In this document: positions 1 through 10,104 of the stretch, piece by piece | How positions within the stretch are numbered: position 1 is the stretch's first letter | Layout of the letters: the number at the start of each line of letters is the position of its first letter | DNA from: Desulfobacteraceae bacterium UBA2771 | GTDB taxonomy: Bacteria > Desulfobacterota > Desulfobacteria > Desulfobacterales > Desulfosarcinaceae | Length of the DNA: 61,726 nt | Assembly: GCA_002352605.1 (NCBI GenBank) | Contig: DEIP01000005.1 | Span: 1 to 61,726 of the forward strand | Reading direction: 5' to 3' | Translations under genes and position numbers: made by a program | Notes under the pieces: generated by a model | The model's database searches: none | The model's input: the letters and a program-made list of their open reading frames with translations, nothing else | Told to the model about the DNA's origin: nothing

Positions 1-917
1 TTCAGATGCGATTGCGATCGGTGATGTTCATCCTCACCATGACGGTGGGGGCCGCTGTTTACGATCCGGATTGGATGACGCGAATCGTGGCCGCGTTCGG
101 ATCGGATCATCCGTTCACCCAGGTAGAGACCCTGCGGTTTCCCCTTTACCTGACGTTCGTCCTGGCCCTGTTCGCCCTGGCCACCGTCTTGCGGCTGGAC
201 GAGATCTGCCCCAACCCCAAGGTGGATGGCACCTGCGAGAAGCAGTTCGGCGGGTCGGCCATGGATGCGTTCAAGCTCACCCTGGACAGCGGCGGATGGA
301 TTCTCAAAACCCCGTTCGTCCTGGCCGTAATCCTGTTCGGGATGCTGTTCGACGGTATTCTTCGCATGGTCATCACGCTGGCCAGCCAATACTACCGCAT
401 GGTGCAGGTGCCCGAATCGCTTTATGGGATCCTGGGATCGGTGATGGCGGTGCTGGGGCTGTTCATTCCCCGGCTGGCGCTTCGAATTGCGGAAAACCGT
501 TCGCCGGCATTCTGCCTGTGGACCACGGCCGCCACGGCCCTTGTCGGGCTGTCCGGCATGGTGTTTTTCTGGCCCTACGCGGGACTGGTGCCGGCCCTGG
601 TGGCTTTTTCTGCCCTTTACATGGTGAGTTTTTACGTCAGTTATTTTGTCAATCAACAGGCCTCGTCGTCGCGCCGGGCCACGGTGCTCAGCTTCAAGGG
701 GCTGGCCTATAACCTCTCCTACGGGTTCATCGGGATCGTCTATGCGGGACTTCTGGAGGTGAAAAAAACGGGCATCGATGCCGTCGATATCGACACCCAC
801 GCTGTGGAAAACATCGTTTTCAGGAACACCTTTTCCTGGTTTCCGCTATCCCTGGCTGCCGGCCTGGTCGTGATGACGGCGGGCGTCCTTGCCTTCCGGT
901 CCGTTGGCAGAAAATGA
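1..917 (+). CDS. MFS transporter, 5'-partial
   Basis: Multiple hydrophobic TM segments; 'SSRRATVLSF' loop typical of the MFS C-terminal half; the frame is open at the window start. Confidence 0.75.
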   Translation, partial: QMRLRSVMFILTMTVGAAVYDPDWMTRIVAAFGSDHPFTQVETLRFPLYLTFVLALFALATVLRLDEICPNPKVDGTCEKQFGGSAMDAFKLTLDSGGWILKTPFVLAVILFGMLFDGILRMVITLASQYYRMVQVPESLYGILGSVMAVLGLFIPRLALRIAENRSPAFCLWTTAATALVGLSGMVFFWPYAGLVPALVAFSALYMVSFYVSYFVNQQASSSRRATVLSFKGLAYNLSYGFIGIVYAGLLEVKKTGIDAVDIDTHAVENIVFRNTFSWFPLSLAAGLVVMTAGVLAFRSVGRK

Positions 918-945
918 GTTTTGCAGGTATGCCCGAAAGTCCGTG

Positions 946-975
946 TTGACAAAGGAAAAGCATTTACCTTATGTT
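946..975 (+). promoter_or_regulatory. Putative sigma70 promoter of the glycogen cluster
   Basis: TTGACA (946-951), 18 nt, TATGTT (970-975). Confidence 0.45.
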
Positions 976-1171
976 TATTTTTTACGACCGCTGTTCCTTT
1001 TTCCATTTGAGCCGACCCTGCGCCACCCGTTCAGTCTCTGGTTCACCAATGACTCCGTTGGCGGTTGAATTCACCCGGGTCCGACGCTTTTGGAGACACA
1101 CCGGAAAATTTGCAACGCCGGCAGGCCGATGCGGCTGTCCGCAACGATTTCAAAAAAAACAGGGTCGATCC

Positions 1172-4100
1172 ATGGTTCAATCCGATGCCATCGAGCAGGT
1201 TCCGGCGCCCGGCGCCCGGCGGCTGTATTTTTCGGGAGATACGATAACCTTCGACCTGAAGGTGCCCGAATCGTGGGAAGGCCGGGCCTGGCTGCGTACC
1301 GACCTGGGGCACGGCCGGTCCGTTCGCCGGGAGATCATCCGCCAGGTGGACCACCAGGAAAACCCGTTGGGCCGGAGCTGGTACGATATTCCTATGACCG
1401 CCGTCGCCAGGGGCCACCATACCCTCACCGTTGCCCTGACCGAGGTGGGCCACTTCGCGGCCAAGGGCTATTTCCTCGGTCCGGCCAGCGCCGATCCGCT
1501 ATGGCCGCCGGGGGCCAATACCGCCATCAACGTAGCGCCGGCGGACACCTGCTGTGCAAACATTATTTACAATGCCTTCGTGCGCCAGTTCGGCCCGAAC
1601 AAGAATGGGGCCATGGGCGTTGTCGACCAAACCATGAAAAGCCTGGACGACGCCGGATACACGGTCATCCCGCCGTCGGGAACGTTTCGGGACCTGATCG
1701 GCGAACTGGATTTTATCATTGGCCACCTGGGATGTCGAATTATTCAACTGCTGCCCATCCATCCCACGCCCACCACATATGCCCGCATGGGCCGGTTCGG
1801 CAGCCCTTATGCGGCCCTGAGCTTCACTGCCGTTGATCCGGCCCTGGCCGAATTCGACCCCAGGGTCACCCCCCTGGAGCAGTTCATCGAGCTGCTGGAT
1901 GGTGTCCACGCCCGGGGCGCGCGCCTGTTTATCGATATCGCCATCAACCATACCGGCTGGGCGGCCGGCCTTCACGAAACCCATCCCCGGTGGCTCTTTA
2001 GGGAACCGGACGGGCAGATCGAAAACCCCGGTGCCTGGGGGGTGGTCTGGGCGGATCTCACCCGGTTGGACTACGGCCACAAGGATTTGTGGCCGTATAT
2101 GGCCGATGTCTTTCTCACCTGGTGCCGTCGGGGTGTGGACGGCTTTCGCTGCGACGCCGGTTACATGATTCCGAAGGCGGCCTGGCGCTATATGATCGCC
2201 AAGGTCCGGGATCAATTCCCCAACGTGATTTTCCTGCTGGAGGGGCTGGGGGGAAAGATCTCCGTCACCCGGGACCTGCTCAACTGGGCCGATTTCAACT
2301 GGGCCTACAGCGAGCTGTTTCAAAACTACGACCGGGGCCAGATCGAACACTACCTGCCCGGCGCCATGGATATTGCGCAGGCCGACGGCACCACCATCCA
2401 CTTTGCCGAAACCCACGACAACCCGCGCCTGGCAGCTATCTCCCATGCCTACGCCCGCATGCGGACCGCCCTGTGTGCACTGCTCTCCAGCCAGGGGGGC
2501 TTCGGATTCGCCAACGGCGCGGAATGGCTGGCCACGGAGAAGATCAACGTCCATGGTTCCCCGTCTCTGAACTGGGGGGCGCCGGAAAATCAGGTGGGCC
2601 ACATCCGCCGGCTCAACGCCCTGCTCACGGTTCACCCGGCATTCTTTCACCCGGTGCGGGTGGAGATGATCCAGCAGGGACTGGGCAATACCATCGTTGC
2701 CGCCCGTCGATATGAACCCGATGGCAACGGGTTGTTGGTTTTGGTCAATTTGGATGCGGGGTCGGCCACCGAAGCGGCCTGGCCCCGGATCCGGTCTCCC
2801 CTGAACGGGGATTCGTTGATCGACCTGCTCACCGGGCAGCCGGTGTCCGTCGGCGGTGACAAACCGACCGCCCGTGTGCTGCTGTCCCCGGGGCAGGTGC
2901 TCTGCCTGACGGACGATCCGCGGGAGCTGGAGCGGGTAATCCAAACCGCAGGCCGATTCCCGCGCAACCCGGATCGCATCCTCCGGCAACGGCTCCGGGC
3001 AAAGGCACTTGAAGTATGGCGGTTCCACCGGGGGGTCGGGGACCTGGGTCAATGGGATCCGGAGCGGGCGGCATCGCAGATGCAAGCGTCACCTCTGGAT
3101 TTCTGCCGCTCCATGAATCCCGACGGTGCCGCCCCACGAACCGTGGTCTGGCAGTTTCCCGTCGACCTGCGGCGGGAGGTGATGGTGCCACCGGACCATT
3201 TCCTGCTGATCCGGAGAGCACACCCCTTTCGGGCATCCATCTACGAAAACCGTACGGCGATGGCCGTCGAAGAGAGTCTGACGGACGACGGCGGCAAATC
3301 ATTTGTCCTGTTCCGCCCGCTGCCGGTTGCCGGTCGGCACAAACCGAGAACATTGAGGCTCTCCTGTTACGATCCCGACGGCTGCGCCCACCATGAGGCA
3401 CCCCTTTTGTACCTGGCGGCTGCCCAACAGGCAAGGGTGAGAAAAATATTTACCCGGCCGCGAAAACGACTTTCCGGCATCCATATGCTGGGCACCAACG
3501 GCCACGGCGCCATGACCCGGGCCCATGCCCACTGGGGTCGCCTGCCCAGTCGCTACGATGCCTTGCTGGCTGCCAACCTGAGCCCCGATGTTCCCGAAGA
3601 CCGCCGCATCCTGCTGACCCGCCTGCGGGGATGGGTGGTGTTCCAGGGGTTTTCCCAGGAGATCGGCCCGGACTGCCTGGATGCGTTCGGGTTCGATTTC
3701 GATGCATGGGGCTGCTGGCAGTACCACATCCCCTCGGGGCAGGGACAGCATGTGGTGTTGCGTGTCGGCATCCAAATGATACCCGGGAAAAACGCCGTTG
3801 AAATGGTGTTTTACCGGCATCCGGCCCAAGGTCGCAAGGATCGCCTGACTGATGATCGACCGGTGACCCTCATTTTGCGTCCGGACATCGAGGACCGCAA
3901 CTTTCACGAGGCCACCAAAGCATTTACCGGTTCAGAGCACCACTTCCCCTCTTCCGTCACCAGCCGGGAAAAGGGGTTTATCTTCCGTCCCAACGACGAT
4001 CATGCGCTTGAAATGGAAGCAGAACGGGCCGATTTTTTCGTTGAGCCCCAATGGCAGTACATGGTTCACCGGCCTCAGGAAGCCCAACGGGGCCAGGACC

Positions 4101-5485
4101 CGGATTCGGATCTATTCAGCCCGGGCTATTTTTCCGGCCCGTTGGCCGGTGGTGAGAGCGAGATCCTTAGCGCCCGGGTGCCGGACGACGGTGGCGCACC
4201 GGTGGATGTGACCGTTGACATACGGCGACGGATCAGCCGGTTTTTCGAGACGTCGCCCCAATGGGAACCGCCGGTAACCGCGCTTAAAAAAGCGCTGAAC
4301 CAGTACATCGTCAAGCGAGACCGGTATTCTACGGTGATCGCCGGTTATCCCTGGTTTCTGGATTGGGGGCGGGACACCCTCATCGTGGCGCGGGGGATTA
4401 TCGCCGCCGGGCGTCATGAGGAAGCCCTGACCATCATTCAGCAGTTCGCCGCATTCGAAAAGGACGGCACCATTCCCAACATGATCCGCGGCACCGACAC
4501 GGGCAACCGGGACACCTCGGATGCGCCCCTGTGGCTCTTTCGGGTATGCGACGAACTGGGAACGGTGGTGGGCCAGGAGACGCTGTTGACAACCGATTGC
4601 GGGGGACGGCCGCTGAAGCAGGTCCTGCTCTCCATCGCCCGGTCCATCATGACCGGCACCCCCAACGGGATTGTGATGGACGGTGCCACGGGGCTGCTCT
4701 TCAGCCCGCCGCATTTCACCTGGATGGACACCGACTATCCGGCAGGCACCCCGCGTCAGGGCTACCCCATCGAGATCCAGGCCCTGTGGCAAGCCGCCCT
4801 GGATTACCTGGGCCGTGTGGATGCGCCGGAACACCGCCAGCCGTGGCAGAAACTGGCCGGGCAGGTGCGGCAATCCATACGGGACCTGTTTTTCCGCGAA
4901 GCGATTGGGTACCTGTCCGACTGCCTGCACGCCGGTCCCGGCATCCCCGCCGGCGCAGCGGTGGCCGACGACGCCCTGCGGCCCAACCAGCTTTTTGCCC
5001 TGACGCTGGGGGCCGTCACGGACAAAACGGTGGCCGAGAAAGTACTTTTCGCCTGCCAGGAACTGATCGTTCCCGGAGCCATCCGCAGCCTGGCGGATCG
5101 CCCCATCAATCCGGAGCTGCCGGTTTATCATAACGGGGTGCCGGTTAATAATCCCGGAGCGCCCTACGTGGGGGTCTATGGGGGCGACGAGGACACTCGC
5201 CGCAAACCGGCTTACCACAACGGTACGGCCTGGACATGGGTTTTCCCCAGCTTTTGCGAAGCCTGGGCGGATCGTTTCGGCCCCGGTGAGCACGAGACGG
5301 CCCTGGCCTGGCTGGCCAGCAGTAGTCGGCTGATCGATGACGGGTGTGTGGGCCACGTGCCGGAGATCGTGGATGGCGACGCCCCGCACCACCGCCGTGG
5401 CTGCGATGCCCAGGCGTGGGGGGTTAGTGAACTGCTGCGGGTGTGGGTCAAGATTGGGGGATCGATTTCCGATCGATCGCGTTAA
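1172..5485 (+). CDS. Bifunctional glycogen debranching enzyme: N-terminal GH13 alpha-amylase-fold domain fused to amylo-alpha-1,6-glucosidase (GDE_N/GDE_C)
   Basis: GH13 motifs GFRCDAG, LLEGLGG, AETHDN; GH133 motifs AGYPWFLDWGRDTLI, FTWMD, RPNQLFAL, YHNGTAW, QAW. Start moved from 971 to ATG 1172. Confidence 0.9.
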   Translation: MVQSDAIEQVPAPGARRLYFSGDTITFDLKVPESWEGRAWLRTDLGHGRSVRREIIRQVDHQENPLGRSWYDIPMTAVARGHHTLTVALTEVGHFAAKGYFLGPASADPLWPPGANTAINVAPADTCCANIIYNAFVRQFGPNKNGAMGVVDQTMKSLDDAGYTVIPPSGTFRDLIGELDFIIGHLGCRIIQLLPIHPTPTTYARMGRFGSPYAALSFTAVDPALAEFDPRVTPLEQFIELLDGVHARGARLFIDIAINHTGWAAGLHETHPRWLFREPDGQIENPGAWGVVWADLTRLDYGHKDLWPYMADVFLTWCRRGVDGFRCDAGYMIPKAAWRYMIAKVRDQFPNVIFLLEGLGGKISVTRDLLNWADFNWAYSELFQNYDRGQIEHYLPGAMDIAQADGTTIHFAETHDNPRLAAISHAYARMRTALCALLSSQGGFGFANGAEWLATEKINVHGSPSLNWGAPENQVGHIRRLNALLTVHPAFFHPVRVEMIQQGLGNTIVAARRYEPDGNGLLVLVNLDAGSATEAAWPRIRSPLNGDSLIDLLTGQPVSVGGDKPTARVLLSPGQVLCLTDDPRELERVIQTAGRFPRNPDRILRQRLRAKALEVWRFHRGVGDLGQWDPERAASQMQASPLDFCRSMNPDGAAPRTVVWQFPVDLRREVMVPPDHFLLIRRAHPFRASIYENRTAMAVEESLTDDGGKSFVLFRPLPVAGRHKPRTLRLSCYDPDGCAHHEAPLLYLAAAQQARVRKIFTRPRKRLSGIHMLGTNGHGAMTRAHAHWGRLPSRYDALLAANLSPDVPEDRRILLTRLRGWVVFQGFSQEIGPDCLDAFGFDFDAWGCWQYHIPSGQGQHVVLRVGIQMIPGKNAVEMVFYRHPAQGRKDRLTDDRPVTLILRPDIEDRNFHEATKAFTGSEHHFPSSVTSREKGFIFRPNDDHALEMEAERADFFVEPQWQYMVHRPQEAQRGQDPDSDLFSPGYFSGPLAGGESEILSARVPDDGGAPVDVTVDIRRRISRFFETSPQWEPPVTALKKALNQYIVKRDRYSTVIAGYPWFLDWGRDTLIVARGIIAAGRHEEALTIIQQFAAFEKDGTIPNMIRGTDTGNRDTSDAPLWLFRVCDELGTVVGQETLLTTDCGGRPLKQVLLSIARSIMTGTPNGIVMDGATGLLFSPPHFTWMDTDYPAGTPRQGYPIEIQALWQAALDYLGRVDAPEHRQPWQKLAGQVRQSIRDLFFREAIGYLSDCLHAGPGIPAGAAVADDALRPNQLFALTLGAVTDKTVAEKVLFACQELIVPGAIRSLADRPINPELPVYHNGVPVNNPGAPYVGVYGGDEDTRRKPAYHNGTAWTWVFPSFCEAWADRFGPGEHETALAWLASSSRLIDDGCVGHVPEIVDGDAPHHRRGCDAQAWGVSELLRVWVKIGGSISDRSR

Positions 5486-5658
5486 CCCCGGTGTTGCATA
5501 AACAACGGCTATCTTTTGCAACGTCGGGGTCGAATCGTCCCCGCACACAACAAACCAGCATGTGTGTGCTTGAAGTAAGGGATCTTTACCAAACGGCATT
5601 GTGCCGGTTGTCGCAATATTTTCATTTTGAACAACGTGAACCCTTCAGGAGGTGCCTT

Positions 5659-5967
5659 GTGAGCTTGAAAAAACAGTATCTAAAAAGCAGGGACCGGTGT
5701 AAAGTAACCTTCCGGCTGCCCAAAACCGCGGTGCCGGGGGCCAAAACCGTCCACATCGTGGGTGAATTCAACAGCTGGAGCACGGTCAAGACGCCCATGA
5801 AGCATTTGAAAAGTGGTGAATTCACCGTTATCGTGGCGCTGGCACCGGGCCGGGAGTATCAGTTCCGCTACCTCATCGACCAGATGACCTGGGAGAACGA
5901 CTGGGAAGCGGATCGGTACGCGAAAAGTGATTTTGGCGACTGTGAAAATTCTGTGGTAGTGGTGTAG
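5659..5967 (+). CDS. Stand-alone CBM48 / isoamylase early-set domain protein
   Basis: AGGAGG RBS then GTG; VTFRLP..VHIVGEFNSW..EYQFRYLID..WEND..ENSVV. Confidence 0.85.
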   Translation: MSLKKQYLKSRDRCKVTFRLPKTAVPGAKTVHIVGEFNSWSTVKTPMKHLKSGEFTVIVALAPGREYQFRYLIDQMTWENDWEADRYAKSDFGDCENSVVVV

Positions 5968-6000
5968 TGATTGTCGTTGAATCCATTCAGGAGCTCGATC

Positions 6001-8550
6001 ATGAAGTTAATTCAAACATTCGAGGTTTTCCCCAGTATCCCAAAACCCCTCCGTTTTATTGGGACGCTGTCGTGCAATTTCTGGTGGAGCTGGAACCAGG
6101 ATGCGATTGAACTGTTTCGGCGTATCAGCCCCCGTCTGTGGGAGGCGTCAGGGAGAAATCCCATCGTTCTCGCCACATCTATCCCCCAAAAGCGGTTGGA
6201 GGAACTGGCCCATGACGACAGCTATCTGGCCCACATGGAGCGGGTGCGCAAGCGATTCGAAAATCGGGTGTTGAACCCGACCAACGGCGAGAGCCCCTGG
6301 GACCAGGGGGAAGCGGTGGCCTATTTTTCCATGGAGTTCGGAATCCATGAGACCCTGCCCTTGTTTGCCGGGGGGCTGGGCATCCTGGCCGGCGATCATC
6401 TCAAGGCTGCTTCGGGGCTGAAGATACCCCTGGTGGGAGTGGGACTGCTCTACCGGGAAGGGTACTTCCGCCAGTACCTGGACAAGGACGGGTGGCAGCA
6501 GGAAGGCTATCCGGAAACCGACTTGTATCACCTGCCGCTATCCAAACAAAAGGACAAAGATGGAAACGAATTGGTAGTCCATGTGACTGGAATCGGCAGG
6601 GAGATCCATGCCCAGGTATGGAAGATTCGCATCGGTCGGATCCCGCTGTTCCTGCTGGACACCAACCTGCCGGAAAACCCCCCGGAAATCCGCGACATTA
6701 CCGCACGGCTTTACTCCGGTGAGCAGTATACCCGGCTGGCCCAGGAGGTGCTGCTGGGGATCGGCGGCATGCGGGCCCTGGATGCTTTGGGCATCCAGCC
6801 CACGGTCAGTCACATGAATGAAGGGCACTGCACCTTCGTAGGGTTGGAACGGATTCGGCAGATCATGGACCGCTACGGCATCAGCGTTGAGGCGGCAGGG
6901 GAAATCGTTTCGCGGACCACGGTATTCACCACCCACACCCCGGTGTCGGCCGGACATGACGAATTCCCGCCCGCCATTGTCAAACCCTACCTGCATCCTT
7001 TCGAAGCGTGTTTCGACATGAGCATCGACCAGCTGGTGGCCCTGGGTCAACCGGGCGGGGCGTCGTCGGAGACTCCCTTTTCCATGTTCATCCTGGGGAT
7101 GCACGCCGCCCAGTACATCAACGGGGTGAGCAAACTTCACGGGCAGGTGGCCCGGCACATGTGGTCCCACGTCTGGCCCAACCGATCCGACGAAGAGACG
7201 CCCATCACCCATATCACCAACGGGGTCCACATCCCGACGGTGCTGGCGCCGGAAATCAAGCTGCTGTTCGAACGGCATTTGGGGCCCCAGTGGAGTATGG
7301 GCTCCACCATTCCGGAAAATGCCAACCGCATCGACAGTCTCTTCGATGAGGAGCTGTGGCAGGCCCACGAGATGTGCCGCTCCCGGCTGATCCGAACCGT
7401 CCGGGAGCTGATGCACCGGCAGTACGGACGCCGCAATGCACCGCTCAACATTATGAAAGCGGTGGAGTCGGTGCTGGACCCGGATATCCTCACCATCGCC
7501 TTTGCCCGGCGTTTTGCCACCTACAAACGGGCCCATCTGTTGTTCCAGGACCCCGACCGGCTGGAAGCCATCATCAATGCCAAGGCGCGGCCCGTGCAGT
7601 TCGTGTTCGCCGGCAAGGCGCATCCCAGAGACAACGAGGGCAAGGGGATTATTCGCAGTCTGGTGGATTTCGGCCGACGCACCGACTTGCGTCACCGGTT
7701 CATTTTCTTGGAGGACTACGATATGAACATCGCCCGTCACATGGTCCAGGGGGCGGACGTGTGGCTCAACACCCCCCGGCGGCCCATGGAGGCCTGCGGC
7801 ACCTCGGGTATGAAGGCGGCCCTGAACGGGGTGCTCAACGTGAGTATCATGGACGGCTGGTGGTGTGAAGGATACGGCCCGGAGCGGGGCTGGCGCATCG
7901 GCAACGGTGAGGAGTACCAGGACCACAACTACCAGGATGCCGTGGAGAGCCAGGCCCTGTACAACATTATTGAAAATGAAGTGGCGCCGCTTTACTATGA
8001 TCGCACCGCCGGGGGGACGCCCAAGGCGTGGTTGAAGATGATGAAGGCGTCCATGAAAATGGCCATGTCCCGGTTCTGCAGCCTGCGGATGATATCGGAA
8101 TACGAGGAGCGCTTCTATCTTCCCGCCAGCCGCCGGTTCGCGGAGCTGGTGGCCGATGGCGGGGCGGAAGCCCGCCGGCTCAGCGATCAGCACCGCCGTT
8201 ATCTGGATAAATGGCAGCAGATTCAGGTGGCGTCGCCTGTGCGCTGTGCGGAGGGACCCTTCCGGGTGAACCAGTCCTTCGAGGTGACCACGGTGGTTAG
8301 GACCGGTGAACTGCATCCGGAAGAGTTGAACGTGGAACTCTATTACGGCAAAATGCGCCATCTGGACCATATCGAAGCCCCCCGGGTGGAGATCATGAAC
8401 GTCAAGGAGGAACACTCGGCGGGAACTTACCTCTACGGCTGCGAGCTGCCGTGCACCGATTCCGGTCGTCACGGGTTCACGGTCCGGGTGACCCCCAACG
8501 CCGATGCGTGGATCCGGTTCCAGCCGGAGCTGTTGACCTGGGCCTGTTGA
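6001..8550 (+). CDS. glgP: Alpha-glucan (glycogen) phosphorylase
   Basis: YFSMEFG, GGLGILAGDH, NEGH, FARRFATYKR, EACGTSGMK (PLP lysine); AGGAG RBS. Confidence 0.95.
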   Translation: MKLIQTFEVFPSIPKPLRFIGTLSCNFWWSWNQDAIELFRRISPRLWEASGRNPIVLATSIPQKRLEELAHDDSYLAHMERVRKRFENRVLNPTNGESPWDQGEAVAYFSMEFGIHETLPLFAGGLGILAGDHLKAASGLKIPLVGVGLLYREGYFRQYLDKDGWQQEGYPETDLYHLPLSKQKDKDGNELVVHVTGIGREIHAQVWKIRIGRIPLFLLDTNLPENPPEIRDITARLYSGEQYTRLAQEVLLGIGGMRALDALGIQPTVSHMNEGHCTFVGLERIRQIMDRYGISVEAAGEIVSRTTVFTTHTPVSAGHDEFPPAIVKPYLHPFEACFDMSIDQLVALGQPGGASSETPFSMFILGMHAAQYINGVSKLHGQVARHMWSHVWPNRSDEETPITHITNGVHIPTVLAPEIKLLFERHLGPQWSMGSTIPENANRIDSLFDEELWQAHEMCRSRLIRTVRELMHRQYGRRNAPLNIMKAVESVLDPDILTIAFARRFATYKRAHLLFQDPDRLEAIINAKARPVQFVFAGKAHPRDNEGKGIIRSLVDFGRRTDLRHRFIFLEDYDMNIARHMVQGADVWLNTPRRPMEACGTSGMKAALNGVLNVSIMDGWWCEGYGPERGWRIGNGEEYQDHNYQDAVESQALYNIIENEVAPLYYDRTAGGTPKAWLKMMKASMKMAMSRFCSLRMISEYEERFYLPASRRFAELVADGGAEARRLSDQHRRYLDKWQQIQVASPVRCAEGPFRVNQSFEVTTVVRTGELHPEELNVELYYGKMRHLDHIEAPRVEIMNVKEEHSAGTYLYGCELPCTDSGRHGFTVRVTPNADAWIRFQPELLTWAC

Positions 8551-8588
8551 CCCCGAGCCTTTAAACCCATACATCGAAGGAAGTACCG

Positions 8589-10100
8589 ATGCCGTCGGCC
8601 AAGCGGAATCCACGGGTGCTTATCGTTACCCCGGAAGTGACCTACCTGCCCCAGCGAATGGGCAATTTCTCCCGATACCTCACGGCCAAGGCCGGCGGCC
8701 TGGCCGATGTATCGGCCGCCTTGATCAGTGCGCTGTTCAACGAAGGGGCCGACGTTCATGTGGCCATACCGGACTACCGGTCCATCTTCCACGACCGGCT
8801 GGCCCCGTTTCTCGAACGGGAGCAGTGGGCCATCCGCAACGTCATGCCCGACGACCGGGTGCACCTGGCCGAGGACCGGGCCTTCTTCTACCTGAACCGA
8901 GTGTACTCCCCCTACGGCGGTGAGAACACCAAGCTCTCCCTGGCTTTCCAGCGTGAGGTGATCAACAACATCGTTCCCCGGGTGCGGCCGGATCTGATCC
9001 ACTGCAACGACTGGATGACCGCGCTCATTCCGGCGATGGCCCGACAGATGGGCATCCCCTGCCTGTTCACCATCCACAATGTCCATACGGTGAAGACCAC
9101 ACTGGCCCATATCGAGGACCGCGGCATCGATGCGGCCTACTTCTGGCGCCATCTTTTCCTTGAGAACTTCTCGGCCACTTACGAGGATGCCTGGGAACAC
9201 AATCCGGTGGACTTTCTCTCCAGCGGGGTGTTTGCCGCCCACTTCGTCAACACCGTCAGCCCCCGGTTCCTCGAAGAGATCGTTGAGGGCCGCCACAACT
9301 TTATGGAGTGGCCGTTGCGACAGGAGCTGACCAACAAGTTTTATGCCGGCTGCGCAACGGGAATCCTCAACGCGCCGGATCCGGCCTTCGATCCGGAAAT
9401 GGACAAGGAGATTCACCGCAACTACACGGCCGGCGATCACCCGGCCGGCAAACGGGAGAACAAGCGCCACCTGCAGGAGACGCTGGGGCTGATCCGCGAC
9501 GATCGTGCCCCGTTGTTCTTCTGGCCGTCGCGACTGGACCCGATCCAAAAGGGCTGCCAGCTGCTGGCCGAGGCTTTTTACGGCATCATCTCCAATTACT
9601 GGGAGATGAATCTGCAGGTGGTTTTCGTGGCCACCGGCGAATACCAGCAGACCTTCCGGGACATCGTCAACCATCACGGGTTCCAAAACCGGGTGGCGGT
9701 GTGTGATTTCAACGAGCGCCTGGAGCATCTGGCTTATGCGGCCGCCGACTTCATCCTCATGCCGTCCCTGTTCGAGCCCTGCGGCCTGCCCCAGATGATC
9801 GCTCCCATCTATGGGGCGCTTCCGGTGGCCCACGATACCGGCGGCATCCACGATACCATCACCCATCTGGATGTGGAGCGGGGCCTCGGCAACGGTTTTC
9901 TATTCGACACATACGATGCCGGCGGATTCTACTGGGCCGTGACCCAGGCCATGGATTTTTTCGAGATGCCGGAAACGCAGAAGCGCGGGCAGGTTGAACG
10001 GATCATGCAACAGAGCGCCGCATCCTTCAACCATGCCAACACGGCACGGCAATACATCGATCTATATGAGAAGATGCTGGAAAGACCCTTAATTAATTAA
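8589..10100 (+). CDS. glgA: Glycogen/starch synthase (GT5)
   Basis: KAGGLADV, IHCNDWMT, FTIHN, QKG, PSLFEPCGLPQM. Confidence 0.9.
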   Translation: MPSAKRNPRVLIVTPEVTYLPQRMGNFSRYLTAKAGGLADVSAALISALFNEGADVHVAIPDYRSIFHDRLAPFLEREQWAIRNVMPDDRVHLAEDRAFFYLNRVYSPYGGENTKLSLAFQREVINNIVPRVRPDLIHCNDWMTALIPAMARQMGIPCLFTIHNVHTVKTTLAHIEDRGIDAAYFWRHLFLENFSATYEDAWEHNPVDFLSSGVFAAHFVNTVSPRFLEEIVEGRHNFMEWPLRQELTNKFYAGCATGILNAPDPAFDPEMDKEIHRNYTAGDHPAGKRENKRHLQETLGLIRDDRAPLFFWPSRLDPIQKGCQLLAEAFYGIISNYWEMNLQVVFVATGEYQQTFRDIVNHHGFQNRVAVCDFNERLEHLAYAAADFILMPSLFEPCGLPQMIAPIYGALPVAHDTGGIHDTITHLDVERGLGNGFLFDTYDAGGFYWAVTQAMDFFEMPETQKRGQVERIMQQSAASFNHANTARQYIDLYEKMLERPLIN

Positions 10101-10104
10101 TGCT

